Source: a virus
Lineage: Duplodnaviria; Caudoviricetes
Length of the DNA: 64,000 nucleotides
Virus record (IMG/VR): IMGVR_UViG_3300035208_002115
Reading direction: 5' to 3' (one strand)
The translations under genes were made by a program, and so were the position numbers. The notes beneath the pieces were generated by a model. That model was not told the origin of the DNA. It ran no database searches and saw only the letters and a list, made by a program, of their open reading frames with translations. The first letter of the stretch is position 1; every line of letters starts with the position of its first letter. Positions 1 to 9,915 of this stretch are shown piece after piece.

Positions 1-333
1 GGTGAAAACATTCCACATAATATTTTAGTGAACCCAAATGAAACTAATGTGATGCACCCACACCAAGGTGAATTTAGACGGGCATTACTTAATTTAGATT
101 TATTAACATATAGTGTTAATAAAGACCCGTATATTCGTTTTTGTTTGAACAAAACTCTTGTAATAACATGTCTTGACCATATTGTAAATGATTATAGATT
201 TACTTATAAGAATGAAATAATAACATCCTCAAATGAAAATAGTTTCATTCAAAAAGTAAGCAAAATATTAGATATAAAGAATGTTTTAATTAGTAAATCA
301 GATGAATCGAAAAATATAATAAAATGGAACTAA
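1..333 (+). CDS. C-terminal part of an adenylosuccinate-synthetase (PurA)-like protein, truncated at window start
   Basis: Frame is open from base 1. NPNETNV..HQGEFR...LDLLTY resembles the substrate loop of phage PurA-like proteins. Confidence 0.55.
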   Translation, partial: GENIPHNILVNPNETNVMHPHQGEFRRALLNLDLLTYSVNKDPYIRFCLNKTLVITCLDHIVNDYRFTYKNEIITSSNENSFIQKVSKILDIKNVLISKSDESKNIIKWN

Positions 334-542
334 ATTGTATTTATAAAATTATCGCCTCAGAAGATGGTGATTGGCACATAGCCTCTAAATTAGTAGATGG
401 TAATATAACTGTATTACGTGAAGGACATGACCAAGAACGGTGTTATAAAGCTATATTAGATGATTTGGGTGTTGATGTTAAAACTTCATATGTAAATATG
501 GGAGATGGTGATTATGAGGTAACAAAAGCTGATTTTGAATAA
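324..542 (+). CDS. hypothetical protein
   Basis: 72-aa ORF in a tightly packed co-directional run. Confidence 0.6.
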   Translation: MELNCIYKIIASEDGDWHIASKLVDGNITVLREGHDQERCYKAILDDLGVDVKTSYVNMGDGDYEVTKADFE

Positions 543-581
543 TGGAAGACTATATTTATAATCAAAAAATAAAAATAAAAA

Positions 582-1061
582 ATGTATATAGGTGTTGATT
601 TTGATGGTACATGTGTAACCCACGAATACCCAAATGTGGGAAAAGATATTGGAGCAGTACCAATTTTAAAAAAATTAGTTGAAGCTGGACACAAATTAAT
701 ATTGTTTACTATGCGTAGTGATGTTGATAATGTTCCAATTGCTGATAATGAAATAAAATTAGTTGATAATTTTTTGACAGATACTGTGAATATGTTTAAT
801 GAAAGAAAATTAGTTGGTAATTTTTTGACAGATGCTGTGAATTGGTTTAAAGAAAATAATATTGAGTTGTGTGGTATTAATGAAAATCCAACACAAAAAT
901 ATTGGACAACAAGCCCAAAAGCATATGCACAATTGTATATTGATGATGCAGCACTTGGGTGTCCTCTCACATATGATGTCAATTTATCTGATAGATATTT
1001 TGTTGATTGGAAAGAAATTGAAAAAAATCTTAAAATACGTGGATTAATAAATATGATGTAA
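582..1061 (+). CDS. HAD-superfamily hydrolase (BT0820-like)
   Basis: Motif I VDFDGT, motif II LFTMR, C-terminal YIDD. Confidence 0.8.
   Translation: MYIGVDFDGTCVTHEYPNVGKDIGAVPILKKLVEAGHKLILFTMRSDVDNVPIADNEIKLVDNFLTDTVNMFNERKLVGNFLTDAVNWFKENNIELCGINENPTQKYWTTSPKAYAQLYIDDAALGCPLTYDVNLSDRYFVDWKEIEKNLKIRGLINMM
746..847 (+). repeat. in-frame 51-bp tandem duplication (2 copies) inside the HAD gene
   Basis: 746-796 vs 797-847; NEIKLVDNFLTDTVNMF / NERKLVGNFLTDAVNWF. Confidence 0.9.
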
Positions 1062-1073
1062 ATTGAACATAAT

Positions 1074-2808
1074 ATGTTTGAAAGATTTATAAAAAGAATG
1101 AGTAAAGATGTTTTTAAAATTGAAGAAATTATTTACTTCAATAGACCATATAAAATTAAAGGGTTTGACTCTATTAAAGAGGCTGATAACTGGCTAAGTG
1201 ATTATAATAAACCGATGAATCTGGTTCTAATGGGTAAAGTATCAGAAATAACTGAGGAAGAAGCTGAAGATTATATGGTATGTAGTGATGCTGGTTATAT
1301 TTACAGTTTACAAAGTCCTTATTATGGTAAAGCATCAAGGGCTTTGAAAGATGCTATTAGAAAAAAATATTGTGTTGTTTATATATGATAATATTATGGG
1401 ATACTTCATTACCGAGAGACGAAATGAATCTGGTGAGACTGTAAATGCAGATTGTTTTTTAACCGATTCTATGGACAAAGTTAAAGAATGGATAAGTAAT
1501 AATAAAGATTTTGATACTCGTGATATTTTTTGGTACTGGACTATATTAAAAATAACAACAGATGATGAACTTGGAGCAGAACTATTTACATATTTTGATT
1601 GGGATGGTAATGAACAGGATAAAAAACCAAGTAAATTAGATATTGGAAAAGATATTTTTAGTTGTTTTTCAGAAGAAAAATTCATCTTTAATGTCTGTAT
1701 GAGTTACCGTCACGATTTTGGATTACTATCATATGATGAACAAGAACTGCTTAAATTCGAATGTAAAGAATGGATGAGGGCTATAAAAAATAATTATAAA
1801 TTATGAATACAACAAATAAAACTAATAAAACCTCAAAGAGAGGTTCAATTATTGAAATATATTTGGAAATATTTATGAGAAACCAAATGTATACTATAAA
1901 TGATAATTTAAAAGAAGATATTCAATGTTTATTGGATAAAAAATTATCATTTAAAACAACCGTTTCTGAAATAAATAATGAAAACGGGTTTTTAAGTGGT
2001 GATGTAATATTTAAAAGTGAATACGGGGATAACAGAGCTATAAATTTTACTGTTAAATCTGGTGAAATTGAATATGCATGAAATTAGAAACTCTTGTAAC
2101 AAGATATAAAAACCTTGGTTATATCCCAAAAGGTTTAGAACGAGATTTAGAGATAGCATCTATTATTAAATGGATATATGAGACCCATGATATCTATATC
2201 GATGTTTTCTTTTGCGATATTAAATTTAAAGGGTACGAAAATAACTATAATAAATTCTGTGGATATAAAATCTGGAACACCAAAGAGGAATTTAGTAATA
2301 AACACACTGGTGATAAGTATTTTAAAAATCCATTTGATGCTAAATATGATGTAGTTAGAGAAATATATAGAGCTTTAAAATTTCAAAAATATTAATAATG
2401 GATAATTTAGAACTTGCACAAAAAATAATTGAGAGTAGAAGTCCTAAGTATTTCGTTTACAATATTATAAAAAAGTCTGATGTTATACCGTCTCCCAGAA
2501 GTAAGAGTAAGTTTAATTATTATATCTTTGATGATGAAATCATGCTTAAAATGGGACGGTTAAAAGATGAACATAACCCAGAATTATTTTGGGTTGAAAT
2601 TCAAAAAACATTATTTATTGATTTAGAGGTTAAATTTAAATTAACTATTGAACAAAGTAAAGATATAATACGTACTGTTGTTAGTGATTATTTTAATATA
2701 ACAAGGGATGAGATTCAATTTTCAGAACATACATTTATTGATAATATCTCGACAACATTAATGAAAAAATATGTCGCTGAAAAATATAAATCGATGAAAA
2801 ATGGCTAA
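1074..2808 (+). other. run of five small hypothetical CDS (1074-1388, ~1351-1806, 1803-2081, 2078-2395, 2398-2808)
   Basis: Abutting or overlapping co-directional ORFs with ATGA overlaps; no recognisable motifs. Confidence 0.7.
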
Positions 2809-3799
2809 AGTTTTTATAATTGGAAATAGCACATTTGGGTATAAAGAATTGTTCGACTTAAATAAATCATTAGACGAATCGGGTAAATATTATTTTGATT
2901 ATCTCATACCATTTATAAAAAAATATAAAAAAGAAAATGATTGCCTGATTCATCTTGGTAATGTGTTCAATAGAAATGAAAATATTAATGTAAAAACTAT
3001 TAATCAGGCCGTTTCAGTATTCGAGAGATTATCAGAATTATTACCAGTTTTCATATTACTATCTAAACATGATACATATGGCACATTAAATGTCCTCACT
3101 GTACTTAAAAATATAAAGAATGTTTATATCGTAGACAAATCAGCTACTTTATATGATAATAAAATACAATTATATGGTTATCATAAAGATATAATTGAAG
3201 AAATTAAAAATAAAAATATTTTTTTAAATCATTTTAATAAGATTTTAGAGCCTGTTGAGAACCTTGAACATTATTCTGAAAGTGAATTTTTATTTGTAAA
3301 TAATGAAATATATGGCCTTAATTTAAATATAGACTTTAAAATAATTTATTCTGGCGTTAAAGATGAAACTAAAGGCAATAATAAATGTATCGAATCCCCA
3401 TACCCATTAAATTTTAATTCCAAAAATAATGGTATTTGGGTGTTAGATGTGGAGTCTGGACAAGAAAAATTCATTCCAAATGGAATTAATTCTAAATTTG
3501 AGATAAAAAATATCACTTCTATTGGTGATTTGAAAATACTAACCGAAGAATATCTTAATAATAATTTTGTAGATTTAAATATAAATTTCGAACTTTCGGA
3601 AAATTTAGAATTTCAAATGAAATTATCACAGTTGAACGTGAAGTCGATTCATTATACTAAACAAGACATCATTGAAGAACAATTTGAAGAAGAAAAAACT
3701 TACGATATATTTGATTTAGATGCTATTATAACTGATAATATTAATTCAGACACAGTGAAAAATGAATTTGATAATGTCAAACGCATTTATAGTAAATAA
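2801..3799 (+). CDS. gp47/SbcD/Mre11-like metallophosphoesterase-fold protein with degenerate metal-binding motifs
   Basis: Motif order IIGNSTFG / IHLGNVF / LSKHD / YSG / SPY matches gp47, but the DxH, GD and GNHD residues are substituted. Confidence 0.65.
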   Translation: MAKVFIIGNSTFGYKELFDLNKSLDESGKYYFDYLIPFIKKYKKENDCLIHLGNVFNRNENINVKTINQAVSVFERLSELLPVFILLSKHDTYGTLNVLTVLKNIKNVYIVDKSATLYDNKIQLYGYHKDIIEEIKNKNIFLNHFNKILEPVENLEHYSESEFLFVNNEIYGLNLNIDFKIIYSGVKDETKGNNKCIESPYPLNFNSKNNGIWVLDVESGQEKFIPNGINSKFEIKNITSIGDLKILTEEYLNNNFVDLNINFELSENLEFQMKLSQLNVKSIHYTKQDIIEEQFEEEKTYDIFDLDAIITDNINSDTVKNEFDNVKRIYSK

Positions 3800-3810
3800 T
3801 GGACGGAATT

Positions 3811-4109
3811 GTTGGGTATATCTTTCAAATTGTGACTTGGTACACTGAGAAGATAGTTGAGAAGCTTGATTATTCCGTTGGGTATACCTTTCAAATTATG
3901 ACTTGGTACACTATTTATTCGCACTTGAATTATCCTGAGTTAGTTGGGTATACCTTTCAAATTATGACTTGGTACACTAAACCAACTCTTTGGCTTTTGG
4001 TCTTTCCTGTTGGGTATACCTTTCAAATTATGACTTGGTACACTAAATCTGGATTCGTTGTTTTTGTTTACCTGTTGGGTATACCTTTCAAATTATGACT
4101 TGGTACACT
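3811..4109 (-). CRISPR. CRISPR array: 5 x 36-nt repeats, 4 spacers (30, 30, 30, 29 nt)
   Basis: Repeat on + strand GTTGGGTATACCTTTCAAATTATGACTTGGTACACT at 3811, 3877, 3943, 4009, 4074. The 3811 copy has 2 mismatches (trailer end), so the leader is on the cas side and transcription is likely on the - strand. Confidence 0.97.
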
Positions 4110-4326
4110 ATACCATAATTTAAATCACTCAATTTAAGGTATTTAGTGAGTGTATTAGTGGAAAAAAAGTATGTAATTTTTAAAATTTTACTTTCAAAAA
4201 TCCAATTTTTGCTTTCCTGACCTCACTATCTGGTTTTAATCCCTGCGCTCACCATACATTTTAGTGAGTGTATATAGCAGTTCATTTACTGGACTTACGT
4301 CCAACCCAATAAACCTCAATATTATT
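4110..4326 (-). ncRNA. putative tracrRNA plus leader between cas12f and the array
   Basis: Non-coding 217 nt. The - strand has a TGGAC-GTAA-GTCCA GNRA hairpin, a CACTCAC..GTGAGCG hairpin, and TTGGGT complementary to the repeat 3' end ACCCAA. Confidence 0.55.
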
Positions 4327-5589
4327 TCAAAGAACTTCTTCTAAAACCTTTTCGGTTTTATTTAAGTAATATTTTCCTTTGCTTGCATCATCTAAATAAT
4401 CAACAGATGTAGCTATATTCATTGCAGCATTATAATCGCTATCAATTACTTTATTAAAATCATCACATTTCGAACTTAAACACTTAAATTCAGCACCATT
4501 TCTTTCACCAATAGAACCACAACAAGAGCATATCTGACTTGTATGATAAGGGTCAATATATTTGATAATAATACCACGTTTAATTGCTTTCTGTTCGATT
4601 AAATTCATCAAAGTCATAACACCCCAATATCTTCCAAGATAAGAATTTTGTTCTTTCATAGAATTCTTATCAAGACGTTCCATGTTTATCTGTTGAACTT
4701 TTAATTTTGCAGCAGATTCAATTACTTCTTTTGATAATTTATCCAGTACATTATCAGTAAATGATGTTTCAGAATCTTTTACTTTATTATAAACCTGCAT
4801 TTTTCTTGTTCTACCATGACCTGATTTAGCTAATACAGAAGATTCCTGTACCCTTTTATTTTTCATAGCAATACCATACTTCTGTTGAACTAATTTCTCA
4901 CTATGAATAGACTTCTGATAACTTGGTATGTCATTTATTCTTAAAGAAATAAATCTTCTCACACCCATATCAATACCCATCACTCTATTATCTATGCCAA
5001 CATAACCTTGGATGTCTTGTTCATAGGATAGAATTAACATCAGTTCTTTTCTATTGGTATATTTAATAAGAAAAGTTGAGTTAAGATTGTATTTTTTATT
5101 TTCTAAATCCAAAAATCTATTTAACATAGTTTTAAGATGTCCTGTTTTTTTGTCGAATATTATTTTAAATTTGATATTTGTTCTACTGTTAATAAGAATA
5201 AAAAAATCACCATTTTCTTTTATTAATTTTGGATTAGAATTTTTCAAAAATTGAAAACGTGTAGCACCATATTTCTTATACAGTCTTGGACTTCTTTTAC
5301 CTGATAATAAACCAGCTTTAACATCACTTTTATAATTGTTTTCTGCTTGATATACCCAATCTCTCAGATAAGTAGTAATAACTTTAGGAAATTCCTGAGT
5401 AGTTAAATTATATACTTGTGATTTGGGTGGTGTAACAGGTGACATTATTACTGGATATTGATGTAACATCCGTGATATATCATAAGCCCGATTCAGAATC
5501 TTATAAGATACATTAAAAATATCAAATATCCAGTTCTTGGATATTACATCCACTGGTATTATTTTTATTTTCATTGATGATGTTACCAT
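4327..5589 (-). CDS. cas12f: Cas12f1-like (type V-F/V-U3) miniature RNA-guided nuclease, 420 aa
   Basis: RuvC-I GIDMG, RuvC-II MERL, zinc finger HTSQICSCCG, RuvC-III DSDYNAAMNIA, and the SGHGR motif of AsCas12f1-type proteins; adjacent to the array; ATG at 5589. Confidence 0.88.
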   Translation of the reverse strand: MVTSSMKIKIIPVDVISKNWIFDIFNVSYKILNRAYDISRMLHQYPVIMSPVTPPKSQVYNLTTQEFPKVITTYLRDWVYQAENNYKSDVKAGLLSGKRSPRLYKKYGATRFQFLKNSNPKLIKENGDFFILINSRTNIKFKIIFDKKTGHLKTMLNRFLDLENKKYNLNSTFLIKYTNRKELMLILSYEQDIQGYVGIDNRVMGIDMGVRRFISLRINDIPSYQKSIHSEKLVQQKYGIAMKNKRVQESSVLAKSGHGRTRKMQVYNKVKDSETSFTDNVLDKLSKEVIESAAKLKVQQINMERLDKNSMKEQNSYLGRYWGVMTLMNLIEQKAIKRGIIIKYIDPYHTSQICSCCGSIGERNGAEFKCLSSKCDDFNKVIDSDYNAAMNIATSVDYLDDASKGKYYLNKTEKVLEEVL

Positions 5590-5780
5590 AATTAATTTTT
5601 TGTAAAGTAAAACATATTTTCTGAATAAAAAAATATTATTATAAAAAATACTAAGATTTAATAACAATATCCGTATACAATGTCTATATCGGAATAGAAG
5701 GAAATACCCCCTTTATAACATTAGTCACCTCATCAAAGAATTTATTATTTTAAAGATGTGTAATATTAGATAATTATGTA

Positions 5781-5788
5781 TATTTTTG
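5781..5788 (+). promoter_or_regulatory. Bacteroidota sigma70-type -7 element TAnnTTTG
   Basis: TATTTTTG upstream of the 5863 gene; same motif at 7967, 33552, 45960, 50814 (+) and 57533-57540 (-). Confidence 0.55.
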
Positions 5789-5862
5789 CAAATGATGAAA
5801 ATGACAGAAGTGTTTTACGAAAAAACTGAGACAAACTAAAATAAAAACCTTTTTGGAAAATA

Positions 5863-6225
5863 ATGGTAATACAAAAACTAAATAAGGTAATATTGGACTC
5901 TAAAACTGTCATTATTAGAGAAAATATGGCTATTTTTATAAAAAATGAAATAGATAATAAATATATTAAAATAGTTAACGGGTTTTTATATATGCTTTAT
6001 AAAGTAAATGGTAAGCATTTATTAAATCGGAAAATTTTTATTAGAATTTCAGATAATATATTTGAGACTTGTTTAGAAGCTGATTTTGTTAATAAATTTG
6101 ATATAACATTCGAAAATTTTCATATAATAAATAATTGCTTATATTTAGTTGAGAATACATCCGATAAATTAAAAATAAATAAATTAATTCGAAAAGAAAA
6201 AATAAAAGAAATATTGGAAGTATGA
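5863..6225 (+). CDS. hypothetical protein with C-terminal RxxK[IL]xx[IL] tag
   Basis: Ends IRKEKIKEILEV. Confidence 0.7.
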   Translation: MVIQKLNKVILDSKTVIIRENMAIFIKNEIDNKYIKIVNGFLYMLYKVNGKHLLNRKIFIRISDNIFETCLEADFVNKFDITFENFHIINNCLYLVENTSDKLKINKLIRKEKIKEILEV

Positions 6226-6581
6226 GTATAATTACACATAAAATACAAGCTAAACCACAGGAAAACGGATTGTATGGTATGCCACTTACAATATTATCAT
6301 ATAAAATTACATATCCTAACTGGGAACAGGAATTTTTAATATCGGCATCAATAATGACTTTAACAGAAATTCACCCAGATAATAAATATGGTATTGAAGT
6401 GTGGTCTAAAAACATTATTCTAATTTACAATTACTCTGAAAAAAAAAGAAGTTCAATACTTTTAGATTATGCATATTTTAATGAAGGTGTATTTTATTAT
6501 GCTAATAAACAAAATCAAAGCGAAGTAATAGAATTAACTCAAATAAAACGTATACATAAAATTGAATCTATTTTAGAATAG
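6222..6581 (+). CDS. hypothetical protein with C-terminal tag
   Basis: Ends KRIHKIESILE. Confidence 0.7.
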   Translation: MSIITHKIQAKPQENGLYGMPLTILSYKITYPNWEQEFLISASIMTLTEIHPDNKYGIEVWSKNIILIYNYSEKKRSSILLDYAYFNEGVFYYANKQNQSEVIELTQIKRIHKIESILE

Positions 6582-6593
6582 AATATTTTATTT

Positions 6594-6602
6594 TAATATA
6601 TA
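6594..6602 (+). promoter_or_regulatory. putative phage late promoter TAATATATA
   Basis: Recurs just upstream of virion-type genes: 10715, 38198 (+); 7934, 10686, 33525, 35613, 45879, 50766 (-). A gp55-like sigma gene is present. Confidence 0.65.
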
Positions 6603-6621
6603 GTAAAAAATAATATTTTGA

Positions 6622-7518
6622 ATGTTATTACAAGATTCAGTTCGACCATATTATGTAAATGATATTAAATACGATGAATTTTACACCTTAAAGAACGTCC
6701 TTAATGAAGATGTTATACAAGGTGTAAATGTTGATAAATTCATTCCAGATTTTCCTGTAAATACTCCAATTAAATTTGACCGTGATAAAATGATTAAGGC
6801 AATCGAATACGGTATGTTAATCAGAATCCTTTATTCGGGTGACCAAGACAAATGGAAAGGTGGGCGAGAAAGAATCATTGCACCGCTTGTAATGGGTATA
6901 AATAAAAACACTGGTAATTTACTTATCAGGGCTTTTCATATGGATGGTTATTCAATAAAAGAAAGAAAAAATACTAAAAAAGTTTGGCGTTTATTTAAGG
7001 CATCTAATATAAAAAGTATGACTTTCATAGGTGATTTCTTCCGTCTTCCACCCAAAGGTTACAAGATGAACGATAGGGTTATGACAGAAACAACCATAGC
7101 CAGAGCTGACTTTAATAAGATTAGGAAAAATCAATATAAATTAATACAGGCCGATAAGATTCAGAAGGCTGAAGAACAAGAAATAACAGGTAAATCAAAT
7201 GCTTTGGCAACGGCTATTGATGTTAAGAATACAGACACTATTCTGAATATGAAAAATATGTGGGAAAATACACTATTGGATAAGAAACAGGCCAAGAGTT
7301 TAAAGATTACATTTTTGAAAAGTGTGTTTGGAAATGAGTATATCGCTGTCGCTGGTGCTTTAGGTACACCCGGTAGAACAGTAAAGCTTTTCGAAGATAA
7401 AAAATTATTGGGTTCGTATAAAACTATATTCTCATCTTTTGCTTCCGAATTGACTTATAAAAAGAATATCAAAGGTCAGGTTGAGTTTCAACTTTATAAT
7501 TTCATTAGTAAAAAATAA
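6622..7518 (+). CDS. WYL-domain-containing protein
   Basis: AIE..IRILY...RERIIAPLVMG....LLIRAF...WRLFKASNI follows the WYL pattern. Confidence 0.6.
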   Translation: MLLQDSVRPYYVNDIKYDEFYTLKNVLNEDVIQGVNVDKFIPDFPVNTPIKFDRDKMIKAIEYGMLIRILYSGDQDKWKGGRERIIAPLVMGINKNTGNLLIRAFHMDGYSIKERKNTKKVWRLFKASNIKSMTFIGDFFRLPPKGYKMNDRVMTETTIARADFNKIRKNQYKLIQADKIQKAEEQEITGKSNALATAIDVKNTDTILNMKNMWENTLLDKKQAKSLKITFLKSVFGNEYIAVAGALGTPGRTVKLFEDKKLLGSYKTIFSSFASELTYKKNIKGQVEFQLYNFISKK

Positions 7519-7908
7519 TTACAATTTAATAAGTTTAAATAGTGATTTTATATCGTCTATTTTTCCTGAGATTGAAAAAGAACCAAATTTTTCTAATGTT
7601 TCTTCCCACGTTGTATTATCATCAACCTCATAACCGCCCCAATCGGGATGAAATTCTATTTCTTTTATTTTTTTAAGAGTCTTTAAATCTATAATACATA
7701 GAATGGGTTCTGGTTTAATACCTTTAGCCTCATCATTAGCAGCAGTTTCATAAGCATAATTTTTGGCTTCTATTTGTTCGTTAGACAAATAAAGTAAAGA
7801 AATATTATCATACGTTTGTTTCCACGATGGCATACTTGTACCATGATATAAAATATCATATTCTTTATTTTCTTTTAAAAAATCTTTAATTGTGATATGT
7901 ATAAACAT
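7519..7908 (-). CDS. putative ADP-ribosyltransferase-fold protein with internal-protein-like leader
   Basis: IKDFLKE leader; LYHGTS ... LYLS ... AKNYA. Confidence 0.5.
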   Translation of the reverse strand: MFIHITIKDFLKENKEYDILYHGTSMPSWKQTYDNISLLYLSNEQIEAKNYAYETAANDEAKGIKPEPILCIIDLKTLKKIKEIEFHPDWGGYEVDDNTTWEETLEKFGSFSISGKIDDIKSLFKLIKL

Positions 7909-7992
7909 TTTCAAGATTAGAAAATTTTATTTTTATATATTATTTTTATGTTTAATTTATTTCACTTATATTTGAAATATTTTTAAATAATT

Positions 7993-9576
7993 ATGCTAAA
8001 TTTATTATTTTCAGCTACAATATTAAGAGAGTTTCTTATTGGTTTATCATTCAAACCACTTGAAGAACGTATTAATATGATATTAGATTTAATAGGATAT
8101 TCAAATTTATATTCTTTTGAATTTATGGACATTTGTATTAATACAGGAGTAAATGATGATTTAATTGAACATATTTATTTGAAATCATATAAAGATGAAG
8201 AAATTTTAAAGAAAAATATTAGTTATATAAATACCGAACGGTACATCTTGCGAGAAGTTACTAATTCAACTAATTATCGTTTAGATGATGTTAAAAATGA
8301 TATTAATGATAACTTATGGGATTTGTATGATACCGCAGTGAAATGTGATAAACCGTTTTTAGTTGAATTAATCATATATGATAAACGTTTTAATATCGAT
8401 GATTGGTCATATCATATGCAACTTTTTGACTATTTAAAAGAACTTAAAAACCCAAGTGGTGTAATTAATGTGATGTTTTTAAATGAAAGGATATCTAAAT
8501 ACGCCAAATCACTTTATATTGAAGAACTTTTTAAAGAAAATAAATTCCCATTATTAAAATATATTATTGATGATAAACAATTGTTTAATAAAGAAAACGT
8601 AACCATCAATAAAAAAAACATCACTAAATACGCTATGAGAGCAGTGTTTTATGACAATGATGTTGCTTTATCTTATTTAATTGAAAATAAACAATTGTTT
8701 AAATTTATTAATATTGATAAGTTAGCTTTCTACACTGTTATCAATAATGATAGTTTTAAGTGTTTTAAATATTTGGTTGAAAACAACTACATTGATTTAC
8801 CGAATAAATATGAAGAAATTTCTACTTCGTGCGTGAAGGCGAAATCTTATGATTTATTGACAACACTAATATCATTTGATTGTATATCTGGTAAAAATAT
8901 ATTTAATCATTTAAAACCTATTATAAACAGAGAAAACATAAATGATATTATAGAAGTTTATGTTAATTCGGGTAAAGTTGATATTTATCAGGATGATTAT
9001 CATTTGTTTGAAAGATTAGCAGGTTCTATAAATAAAGAATCATTAAAATTGATTCTACAAAAAACTGTTTTAAAATTTGAGAGTGATGATGTAAGAAAAG
9101 TTATTAGAAAAACCATATTTCGTTCTGACCCAATTGATATGGAGTTAATTAGAGATTATATTACAAATACTGGTTTTGATGATGAAAATTATGTAGCTTC
9201 TGAGGCTATAATAGCTTTTTCCGAAAATTATTTCAATATTTTGTTAAAAAAATATCCAAAATATAAACTTCCAGATGATATTTATTATATGCAAATATTG
9301 ACTGATAGTAGTGGTGTATTAATAGAATATTGTTTAAATAAATCATTATTTAAAATTAAAAAATGGTCACACTATTTGATAAGTAAATTGTTAGATAAAA
9401 AAAGTCCTGATACAGCACTAATGGTTATAAACCATAAGAAAACAGTAATAAGAGATGAAACAATAACAGCTATTTATAAATTTTTTGATGCGAATAGTCG
9501 CATTTATCCCGAAGAATTTTTTAAGAAATTTAAAATGGCGATAAGAATGAAAAAGCTTGCTGATATAATATCTTAG
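7993..9576 (+). CDS. alpha-helical, ankyrin-like repeat protein with C-terminal tag
   Basis: Degenerate units (AVFYDNDVALSYLIEN, NNDSFKCFKYLVEN); ends IRMKKLADIIS. Confidence 0.5.
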   Translation: MLNLLFSATILREFLIGLSFKPLEERINMILDLIGYSNLYSFEFMDICINTGVNDDLIEHIYLKSYKDEEILKKNISYINTERYILREVTNSTNYRLDDVKNDINDNLWDLYDTAVKCDKPFLVELIIYDKRFNIDDWSYHMQLFDYLKELKNPSGVINVMFLNERISKYAKSLYIEELFKENKFPLLKYIIDDKQLFNKENVTINKKNITKYAMRAVFYDNDVALSYLIENKQLFKFINIDKLAFYTVINNDSFKCFKYLVENNYIDLPNKYEEISTSCVKAKSYDLLTTLISFDCISGKNIFNHLKPIINRENINDIIEVYVNSGKVDIYQDDYHLFERLAGSINKESLKLILQKTVLKFESDDVRKVIRKTIFRSDPIDMELIRDYITNTGFDDENYVASEAIIAFSENYFNILLKKYPKYKLPDDIYYMQILTDSSGVLIEYCLNKSLFKIKKWSHYLISKLLDKKSPDTALMVINHKKTVIRDETITAIYKFFDANSRIYPEEFFKKFKMAIRMKKLADIIS

Positions 9577-9902
9577 ATACTCTGGGTATCTATATCATCA
9601 GTTTCATCAGCTATTTCAAAACCTTTATTATCCATTTGGAAAAACGCTGGGTCACTACCCTGATTTTTAACTGCGAGGACTGCTTCTTCTCCCATTAATA
9701 CATCTTGTGATTTGGTTGTTATTTTCCCAAAGCATTCATCTTCGGTTATCATATATTCTATTTGAGACAACGATAAATTATCTTCATCAAATGGTTCTTC
9801 GGATAAAATAACCACTTCTATTACCGTTTTATAAACGGTTTTTTGTTTTTTATCAGTTGTTTCTTCATTTAAAAAAGAATTAAATTTCTTAATATCGCTC
9901 AT
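9573..9902 (-). CDS. putative internal head protein
   Basis: N-terminus IKKFNSFLNE. Confidence 0.55.
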   Translation of the reverse strand: MSDIKKFNSFLNEETTDKKQKTVYKTVIEVVILSEEPFDEDNLSLSQIEYMITEDECFGKITTKSQDVLMGEEAVLAVKNQGSDPAFFQMDNKGFEIADETDDIDTQSI

Positions 9903-9915
9903 ATTTTATATATAT

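Noticed and set aside
3847-4073. Perfect self-targeting by the spacers
   Set aside because: No full protospacer match was found by eye in this window; only the partial spacer 3 match is reported.
3799-4098. 99-aa ORF with VGYTFQIMTWYT repeats, coupled to the upstream stop by TAATG
   Set aside because: It is the CRISPR array read in frame (66-nt period); the 29-nt spacer breaks the frame; no coding evidence.
4327-5667. IS200/IS605 TnpB transposon interpretation and the longer 446-aa start
   Set aside because: No tnpA or element ends seen and a true array is adjacent. The extra 26 codons are AT-rich upstream sequence; ATG 5589 gives a Cas12f1-like length.
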